A DNA stretch of 36,681 bases from Eubacteriales bacterium (lineage in GTDB: Bacteria; Bacillota; Clostridia; Oscillospirales; CAG-382). The stretch lies in NCBI GenBank assembly GCA_045652185.1, contig JAZRTU010000133.1, positions 1 to 36,681 on the forward strand, written 5' to 3'. Within the stretch, counting starts at the first letter, position 1, and every line of letters begins with the position of its first letter. This document shows, piece after piece, positions 19,101-25,791 of the stretch. Below the pieces are notes generated by a model. The model was not told the origin of the DNA, did not search any database, and saw only the letters and a program-made list of their open reading frames with translations. The translations under genes were made by a program, and so were the position numbers.

Positions 19101-20615
19101 ATGAAAAGATATTTAGCAATGCTTTTGGCTCTTTTGATGCTCGTTGTTTGCTTTGCTGCATGCGATAACGGCAATACAGAGTCCAAGGCCGAACAATCAA
19201 CCAACTCCACCGATGTTTCATCGGAAACATCAAACGATGAAACCCCTCGCTACACAGCGAACGTTCCCGACGTTAAATATGATGGCGCAGAGTTCATCAT
19301 CCTCACTTCCTATGCTAACGAGGACGTAAAACGCCCCGAGTTTGGTGGCGTGGGCGATGAAGAGATCGTTGAAGACGTTGTTAATACAGCAATCAAAACG
19401 AGAAACGATATCGTTGAAGATAAGCTCGACATCGATATTTTTGAAAACAAGATAATTGATTCCAACAGATGGGGTTCAGGCGCTACATACACAAGAATAT
19501 CAACTGCTCTCTCGAGTGGCGCGCTTGATTTCCATATGGCAGCTCCGAGCCTTTTCAACTCCGCAACGCTTGCTCAAAACGGATATCTCGAAGATATGAT
19601 GCAACTTGAGTATCTCCATGAGCTCAGCGAGAGCTGGTGGCACAAGCACTTCGTTAACGAAGTATCGCTTTTTGGAAAAGTATTCTATACTTCAGGCGAT
19701 ATCAGCTTCTATAACTTCAACGCAACAGCGGCTATCCTTTTCAATAAAGAATTGTTTGCTGAATATGAAATTGAAGATCCGTATCAACTTGTAAAAGATA
19801 AACAATGGACACTTGATAAGCTTCGTGAGATCCAAACGATCGAATTCTCGAGTGACATCGATGCGAACAATATTATCGATTATAATGATAAAGTATCCAT
19901 CACATCGTCCAACGATATGATGTGGGCACAGTTCTTTGGCTGCGGTGGACGTATCGTTTCCAAAAACGGCGAGGGCGAACCATATCTCAGCATTTGGAGC
20001 GAAACGAATAACAATTATGTAAATAAAATAGTTGAAATTATGCAAGACACAAGAAACATCATCCTTGCAGATGACTATTTCGGTGTTGTTGACTGGCCCG
20101 GTGAGCTTGTTCAAGAAACGTTTACAAGCGGACGCGCTCTTATGCACATCGGTTCGATCGCAACAGTTGATGCAACGTCCGATATGGCTTATGAGTTCGG
20201 TATCCTTCCGTATCCGCTCTATGACGAAAACCAAGAGGATTACTATAGCTTCCTTAACCCGTGGGTAGGCGGTTCTGTATGTATCCCGTTCGGACATGAC
20301 GACGAGACACTTGAGTATATCTCTATCGTAATGGAAACAATGGGCGCAGAAGGTAAAAACGAGATCACACCTCAATTCTATGAGGTTGCGCTCAAGCGTC
20401 AAAAGACAAGAGATGACGATAGCCAAGAAATGCTCGATATCATCTCCTCTACAGTAGGATGTGACTTCGGTCAAAACGCTAACCTCGCTACTTATCCCAA
20501 CATGCTTCACCAGCTTATCAAAGCGGCTCCCGGCTCATTCTTCAGCAAATACGAGAGCTTGAAGAGCAGAGCAGAGGGCGAGATCCAAAATATCATCAAT
20601 GCATACAATAGCTAA
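19101..20615 (+). CDS. Lipoprotein, solute-binding-protein-like, paralog 4 of 4
   Basis: Lipobox CFAACDN. Same conserved blocks as paralog 3. GGAGA lies 5 nt before ATG 19101. Confidence 0.6.
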   Translation: MKRYLAMLLALLMLVVCFAACDNGNTESKAEQSTNSTDVSSETSNDETPRYTANVPDVKYDGAEFIILTSYANEDVKRPEFGGVGDEEIVEDVVNTAIKTRNDIVEDKLDIDIFENKIIDSNRWGSGATYTRISTALSSGALDFHMAAPSLFNSATLAQNGYLEDMMQLEYLHELSESWWHKHFVNEVSLFGKVFYTSGDISFYNFNATAAILFNKELFAEYEIEDPYQLVKDKQWTLDKLREIQTIEFSSDIDANNIIDYNDKVSITSSNDMMWAQFFGCGGRIVSKNGEGEPYLSIWSETNNNYVNKIVEIMQDTRNIILADDYFGVVDWPGELVQETFTSGRALMHIGSIATVDATSDMAYEFGILPYPLYDENQEDYYSFLNPWVGGSVCIPFGHDDETLEYISIVMETMGAEGKNEITPQFYEVALKRQKTRDDDSQEMLDIISSTVGCDFGQNANLATYPNMLHQLIKAAPGSFFSKYESLKSRAEGEIQNIINAYNS

Positions 20616-20645
20616 TTAAAGTATAATACGAAAAAGCCCCACTTG

Positions 20646-20704
20646 GTGCACCTGCCGTAGAGCAGGTGCACATCGATATAAATCCGCATGAGCGGATTTT
20701 CGAT
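20646..20704 (+). terminator. Putative terminator region of the lipoprotein operon (two hairpins)
   Basis: GTGCACCTGC-CGTAGA-GCAGGTGCAC (20646..20671) is a perfect 10-bp stem with no U-tract. It is followed by AAATCCGC-ATGA-GCGGATTT (20680..20699), whose 3' arm runs into TTTT. Confidence 0.45.
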
Positions 20705-20864
20705 ATACGCCTACGGCGTTCGATATGCGCAGAGCGCTCGATATGCTCACTGCGTGAGCGCGGATTTATATCATATCGAATTTGAGCGTAGCGAAAATAT
20801 ATCGAATTTGCCGCAAGGCAAATATATCGAGCCGAGCGGTGTGTGGCAACGCGAGGCATATCGA
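20673..20864. repeat. Dyad-symmetric array: 4x TCGATAT then 4x ATATCGA, each pair separated by a small hairpin
   Basis: TCGATAT at 20673, 20700, 20720 and 20738. ATATCGA at 20773, 20799, 20824 and 20858. The spacers are individually self-complementary (see findings). Confidence 0.8.
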
Positions 20865-20911
20865 CAAATTTAACATTCGCATTTGTGGACACTAATGCAG
20901 TGTTTGTCAAT

Positions 20912-20950
20912 AAAAAAGGATAGAGAAAGTGAAATTTCTCTATCCTTTTT
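20912..20950. terminator. Bidirectional rho-independent terminator
   Basis: AGGATAGAGAAA (20917..20928) pairs with TTTCTCTATCCT (20935..20946). The stem is flanked by an A-run upstream and a T-run downstream, so it can serve both convergent transcription units. Confidence 0.75.
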
Positions 20951-21030
20951 CCTGTTTGTTAGGTTATACTGCTCTATCGCAGACACCGTCTGAGTCCTTT
21001 TTTGTTTTTCCAAAATATTCGGGGCGTGCT

Positions 21031-22947
21031 TTATTCCGCTATGATCATAACCTCATCGATGAAGATCCAACTTTGGCTTGTCGATACGCATATTTTAACG
21101 TAACGTGCGGAAGCGGAATCGGTGGAGGTAAATATAGTGCGTTCAACGATCGTGCCTGCACCGATGTTGGTGTCAGCATCAAATTTGCGCTCGCCTACTT
21201 TGGTGAAGTTGGTGCCGTCATCGGAAACGTATATTTCAAATCCGTCCGGTGCATATACACCTGCCGAGCCGCCGCCGAGCGTGTTTATCTTGAACGCATA
21301 GATGCCGTCCTTTTTCTCGCCGAGGTCGATCACTATCTCGGGCTTGCCGAGGAATCCTACCCAAGATTTATCAGAGTAGGAAGCATCGCCTTTTTTACCG
21401 TCGGTGAGCGTTTTCTCGCCCTCGTCGGGGTATCCGCCCTCGGGAGCTTTGAGCAACTCATAGGACTTATCTTGCGCGATGTTGGCTCCGTTTTTGCCCT
21501 TGAAGCTTATTTCTACGATAGTAGATTCCGAGTAGTTGCCATAGTAGTCTTCAACGTAGAATTCGTATTTTGCAACACCGCTACCCTCCAAGTTTGTATC
21601 GGAAAGGTTGAAGGTGATATTTTTGAGGTTGTACTTTTGAGTGAGATCAATAGAATTGAAAGTCTCACCGTTTTTCTTGATATGGATGCGACAAGCTTGT
21701 TTGTCGGGGTTTTCGACCGTACCGTTGAATGATACGATCATTCCACCTGCCTCGGCTGTATGTTCTACTGTGGGCGCGGTGAGAGTCGTTTCGGGAATTT
21801 TACCTGTTTTGAAATATTCTTTGTATGCTTCGTGATATCCTGTCTTGCCTGATATGTCGGGGTTTTGGTAGTGTGAATATGCAAAAGTGACGTATTCTTC
21901 AACGTATTTCGAAGCGATCTGCATTTGACGAACAAATCTGCTAAGCGGAGCGGTCGTCCAGTCGGATTGGGTGAAGTCCTCGTTGTTTGCCCAGAAATGA
22001 AGTCCTGCTTCTTTGTCAACTGCTTCTTTGAGCTCACGATAGTAATCGTCAAGCTGGTCGATAGAGATATGACCTGCGCCAACGGAGTCTTGGCAACAGA
22101 AGATATCACCTTCGCGGAAGTTTGCCTTTGCGAATACCTTCTCCCACATGTCGCCTGCTTCGGCAGCGGTGGAGTTGCCCGAGGAAACGAACGGAGAAAG
22201 CATAAGCGGCATCGAGTCGTCAAGCTCCTTCAATCCATCGAGGAATCCGTTGAGTAAGTACGCGGCGTTGTCGATTTGAACGGAGGTCGCTTTGAAGTTG
22301 TAATATTCAAAAACGAAATACCAGCCGTGAAGCGCGTTCGGGTATTTTGATTTATAAGTGTCATAGATCTGCTTTGCACCATCCATACCAAGCTCGATTT
22401 GGTCTGTGAGCCAAGCTTTGTCGTTAACTGCCTTTTGCCACCATTCGTCGTTGTTGTTGAGTCCGAGGAATACCTTCATACCAAGCTCATCAGCGGCCCT
22501 GAGGAGGTTTTCGACGAGTTTTTGTCCGCCGGCGCTGTAAGTTGCATCTTTGTCGGAGGAGTCGAAGGAGTCATCGTAATATACAGCTCCGACCTTGTCG
22601 CCGACAGTTACAAACGACCATTGGAGTATGATTATGTCAATACCAACCTCTCGCATATATTTGAGATGGTCTCTCATGCGATTGAGACTGTAGTTGGCGA
22701 ACGTTCCGGGTTGCATAAAAGAACCGCAAAGCGTTGGATAACCCGTGGGGCGAGTCGGAAATTCGAGCGTGTCCTTGCTCGTCTCGTCGGGGGTGCTTTC
22801 GTCCGCACTCTCGTCCGCAGAAGCGTCGGGAGAAACGTCGCCTGACGGAATTAATACCGAACTTGATTCATTTTCGCCACCACAAGATGTCAAAAGGAGC
22901 GACAGAATCATCGTTAAAGCCAAAATAAAAAATATAAGCTTTTTCAT
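21031..22947 (-). CDS. Lipoprotein with a DUF4434 (glycoside-hydrolase-like TIM barrel) domain and a C-terminal F5/8 type C (discoidin/CBM32-like) domain
   Basis: MKKLIFFILALTMILSLLLTSCGG lipobox with an AAGGAGA SD. GSFMQPG...MREVGIDIIILQW...MKVFLGLNNNDEWW resembles DUF4434. The C-terminal ~150 aa (KSWVGF...IDLG...YVSDDGTNFTKV...ARYVKI...IDEV) looks like a discoidin fold. Domain names are from memory. Confidence 0.65.
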   Translation of the reverse strand: MKKLIFFILALTMILSLLLTSCGGENESSSVLIPSGDVSPDASADESADESTPDETSKDTLEFPTRPTGYPTLCGSFMQPGTFANYSLNRMRDHLKYMREVGIDIIILQWSFVTVGDKVGAVYYDDSFDSSDKDATYSAGGQKLVENLLRAADELGMKVFLGLNNNDEWWQKAVNDKAWLTDQIELGMDGAKQIYDTYKSKYPNALHGWYFVFEYYNFKATSVQIDNAAYLLNGFLDGLKELDDSMPLMLSPFVSSGNSTAAEAGDMWEKVFAKANFREGDIFCCQDSVGAGHISIDQLDDYYRELKEAVDKEAGLHFWANNEDFTQSDWTTAPLSRFVRQMQIASKYVEEYVTFAYSHYQNPDISGKTGYHEAYKEYFKTGKIPETTLTAPTVEHTAEAGGMIVSFNGTVENPDKQACRIHIKKNGETFNSIDLTQKYNLKNITFNLSDTNLEGSGVAKYEFYVEDYYGNYSESTIVEISFKGKNGANIAQDKSYELLKAPEGGYPDEGEKTLTDGKKGDASYSDKSWVGFLGKPEIVIDLGEKKDGIYAFKINTLGGGSAGVYAPDGFEIYVSDDGTNFTKVGERKFDADTNIGAGTIVERTIFTSTDSASARYVKICVSTSQSWIFIDEVMIIAE

Positions 22948-23183
22948 CAAAATATCTCCTTGAAAAATAATAATATATAATATATGGTAACATAAAATTG
23001 AGGGTTTGTCAATCAAAACATTTCACTATGACGCTCGATCGCGCAGAAGTTGACTCAAAACCAAAAATCTACCACGAGTGTTGAGAATGCTTTGAAAATT
23101 AAAACCACAAAAAGTCAGATGTGATAAGTTGCAAAAAAACGACCGAAAGGGGTTGTAAACAGTACAAAATGAACAATAAACTA

Positions 23184-23212
23184 TTGACTTGAAGGCGTTT
23201 GTGTGTTATTAT
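23184..23212 (+). promoter_or_regulatory. Putative promoter of the minD-like/mgs-like/hisS/aspS unit
   Basis: TTGACT (23184..23189), 17-nt spacer, TATTAT (23207..23212) with TGt extended -10. Confidence 0.5.
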
Positions 23213-23261
23213 TTAATGTGAGTACGAGTGTATGCATTTTATGCGGAAAGGAGCTAAAACG

Positions 23262-24050
23262 ATGGGTAGATCCATTTTTGTGACGTCCTTCAAGGGCGGA
23301 GTGGGCAAGACCACCGTTTCGGGCAACCTTGCCTATGCATTGGCGAAGCTTGGGAAAAAAGTTTTGATAATCGATGGTGATTTCGGAATGCGATGTATGG
23401 ATATCGTGCTCGGGCTTGAGAATAACGGGGTGTTTGATGCATACGATGTTATAAGCGGTCGCTGCGGTGTTGACAGTGCAATGATAACGGACCCCGAAAA
23501 CATCAACCTTTCGTTCTTGCCGGCACCAATGGGGTATAACGGTGCGCGGATAGACGTTGATGCCGTTAAAAAGCTTTTTTTGGGATTGAAAAAGAAATTC
23601 GATTACGTTATCGTCGATTCTGCGGCTGACGTGACACCGTTTTATCTTGCGTTTGCAGAGGCGTGTGACGATGCAATAGTGGTCAGCTTGCATCAAGCGA
23701 CGGCAATTCGCGCGGCAGAAAAAACCGCGATGAAGCTTTCCTCGCTCGGATTCAAAAACCTTCGGCTCATTGTGAACGGGTTCCGTGTTGAAGCGGCGAA
23801 GAAAGGCGAGCTTCCGAAGCTTACCGATATAATAGGAAGGGTTTCGGTGAGATTGCTCGGAGTTGTGCCCTACGACGATGCGTTGCCGATCGATCAAGAT
23901 AAAGGAATCGTGGCATATAAAGAAAACAGACGTCACAGAGCGGCGTATGAATGCGCTGTGATGAATATCGCGAAGCGTATTACGGGTGATAACGTTGCGC
24001 TTTTGGACGGTATATATAAAAAGGAAAAGAGACAGAGAGATCTGTATTGA
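23262..24050 (+). CDS. MinD-subfamily P-loop ATPase (orphan, no MinC/MinE neighbour)
   Basis: Deviant Walker A SFKGGVGKTT. IDGDFGMRCMDIVLGLEN closely parallels the MinD switch region VDTDIGLRNLDVVMGLEN. Walker B is VIVDSAA. AAAGGAG SD lies before ATG 23262. Confidence 0.8.
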   Translation: MGRSIFVTSFKGGVGKTTVSGNLAYALAKLGKKVLIIDGDFGMRCMDIVLGLENNGVFDAYDVISGRCGVDSAMITDPENINLSFLPAPMGYNGARIDVDAVKKLFLGLKKKFDYVIVDSAADVTPFYLAFAEACDDAIVVSLHQATAIRAAEKTAMKLSSLGFKNLRLIVNGFRVEAAKKGELPKLTDIIGRVSVRLLGVVPYDDALPIDQDKGIVAYKENRRHRAAYECAVMNIAKRITGDNVALLDGIYKKEKRQRDLY

Positions 24051-24089
24051 CGGAATATAACTCAGTATTATGAATTTAAGGAGGCTACT

Positions 24090-24500
24090 ATGGAGATAGC
24101 AATGATCGCCAGTGATAAGAAAAAAGAGTTGATGTCGGAGTTTTGTATCGCATATTGCGGAATATTGAGCAGACACAACATTTGTGCGACCGCTCGTACA
24201 GGAAAGTTTATTTCCGATGCAACGGGGCTTGACATCCAAAGATTGCGCGCGGGTGAAGACGGCGGTAAGCAACAGATAGCTTCCCGTGTAGCGTATAACG
24301 AGATCGACGTGCTTCTTTATTTCAGAGATGCATCATCGGTCAGCGATTATATTGAGCCTGACGAACAGGATATGAATCTGCTTCGTCTTTGCGATCTTTA
24401 TAACGTTCCTGTGGCAACGAATATCGGAACGGCTGAGGCGCTTATCCTCGCGCTTGACAGGGGCGACCTTGACTGGCGTATGTATATGAGAAACAATTAA
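24090..24500 (+). CDS. Methylglyoxal synthase-like (MGS-fold) protein with substituted catalytic residues
   Basis: Aligns along its length with Bacillus/Clostridium MgsA (MxIAxIAxDKKK..., LLRLCDxYNxPxATNxGTAE). However it reads ASD where MgsA has AHD, GGKQQ for GGDQQ, and DYIEPD for QPHEPD. Confidence 0.75.
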   Translation: MEIAMIASDKKKELMSEFCIAYCGILSRHNICATARTGKFISDATGLDIQRLRAGEDGGKQQIASRVAYNEIDVLLYFRDASSVSDYIEPDEQDMNLLRLCDLYNVPVATNIGTAEALILALDRGDLDWRMYMRNN

Positions 24501-24528
24501 TTGGCGAAAGGACGCTTTTTGGAATAAA

Positions 24529-25791
24529 ATGGCAGAAACAATAAAGAGGCAATACGGAACGTTTGATATATTGCCCAAAGACGTTATCTATTGGCAAAAG
24601 ATAGAAAAGGTGCTGAGAGATTGCGCAGCAAGATATGGCTTCGAGGAGATACGTTTCCCGACCTTTGAGGCAACTGAACTTTTCAATCGCGGTGTTGGTG
24701 ATACGACCGATATCGTTCAAAAAGAGATGTATACTTTTAACGACAGAGAGAAGAGAAGCTTGTCACTTCGTCCCGAAGGTACGGCGTGTGTTGTCAGAAG
24801 TATAATTGAGAATGGACTCGTCCATGAGGCGATGCCGCTCAAGCTCTATTATATCGCAAACTTTTTCCGTCACGAAAAGCCCCAAAAGGGAAGAAGCAGA
24901 GAGTTCTTCCAGTTTGGAACGGAGCTTTACGGCGCAGACGGTCCGATAGCCGACTCGACTGTCATCTTGTTGGCGGCAGAGGTTTTCAGACAGCTCGGTG
25001 TAAAGGGTGTCAGATTACATATCAACTCGGTTGGCTGTGATTGCTGCCGCGACGATTATACGAAGGCGCTCACCGAATATTTTGAGTCGAAAAAAGAAAG
25101 TCTTTGCCCGACTTGCAAGCAACGTCTTGCGGCTAACCCGAGAAGAATACTCGACTGCAAGGACGAGGGCTGCAAAAGAATATGCGTAGATGCACCGAAA
25201 ACGGTCGATTACCTTTGCGGAGATTGCAAGGACCATTTTGATAAATTGAGAACGCTTCTCGAAGAAGCGGGAATTGATTACGTTGTTGACGTAAAGATAG
25301 TCAGAGGACTTGACTACTATAATAAAACTGTTTTTGAGTTTATCGATGAATCCATCGGTGCTCAAAGTACGGTTTGCGGCGGCGGAAGATATAATAAACT
25401 CGTAGGTCAGCTCGGCGGACCTGAGCTTGCCGCTGTCGGTTTTGGCATGGGTATAACGAGACTTATTGAAGCGATGCGTCAATCCGATAGCCTCGTTGCT
25501 GAAAGAAAAGTGCCGAAAATATACCTTGCTCCGCTCGGTGATGATGCGAAAATGAAATGCGCAGTGCTTACCGAAGCGTTAAGACGAGAGGGCGTTTGGG
25601 CTGAATGTGATATGACAGGTCGTTCGCTCAAAGCGCAAATGAAATATTCCGATAAGCTCGGTGCTGAATATACACTCATCCTCGGCGATGATGAGATTAA
25701 AAACGGCGCAGCAAGACTTCGTAAAATGGACGGCGGCGAAACCGTTGACGTAGAGCTTTCGGCAGAAAAAATTATTGAAGTGATTAAATAG
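24529..25791 (+). CDS. hisS: Histidine--tRNA ligase
   Basis: Class II aaRS motifs (LRPEGT, FRHEKPQKGR, GGGRYN) and a Cys-rich insertion typical of Firmicute HisRS. Confidence 0.95.
   Translation: MAETIKRQYGTFDILPKDVIYWQKIEKVLRDCAARYGFEEIRFPTFEATELFNRGVGDTTDIVQKEMYTFNDREKRSLSLRPEGTACVVRSIIENGLVHEAMPLKLYYIANFFRHEKPQKGRSREFFQFGTELYGADGPIADSTVILLAAEVFRQLGVKGVRLHINSVGCDCCRDDYTKALTEYFESKKESLCPTCKQRLAANPRRILDCKDEGCKRICVDAPKTVDYLCGDCKDHFDKLRTLLEEAGIDYVVDVKIVRGLDYYNKTVFEFIDESIGAQSTVCGGGRYNKLVGQLGGPELAAVGFGMGITRLIEAMRQSDSLVAERKVPKIYLAPLGDDAKMKCAVLTEALRREGVWAECDMTGRSLKAQMKYSDKLGAEYTLILGDDEIKNGAARLRKMDGGETVDVELSAEKIIEVIK

Noticed and set aside
20596-20910. ORFs of 104 aa (minus) and 61 aa (plus, 20688..20873) across the heptamer/hairpin array
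   Set aside because: Their sequences are just translations of the repeats (RYA..RYA, HIER..HIER). They have no SD and span terminator hairpins. The region is better explained as structured non-coding DNA or RNA.
20929-21732. 267-aa ORF on the plus strand
   Set aside because: It starts inside the bidirectional terminator and runs antisense to the discoidin domain of the DUF4434 lipoprotein gene. It has no SD.
23181-24272. 363-aa ORF on the minus strand
   Set aside because: It is antisense to the MinD-like and MGS-like genes. It has no recognisable motifs or ribosome-binding site, and the sense-strand genes are clearly real.
24501-24528. Looked for a T-box leader upstream of hisS/aspS
   Set aside because: Only 28 nt separate the mgs-like stop codon from the hisS start codon, which is far too short for a T-box. 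No specifier or T-box motif was seen.
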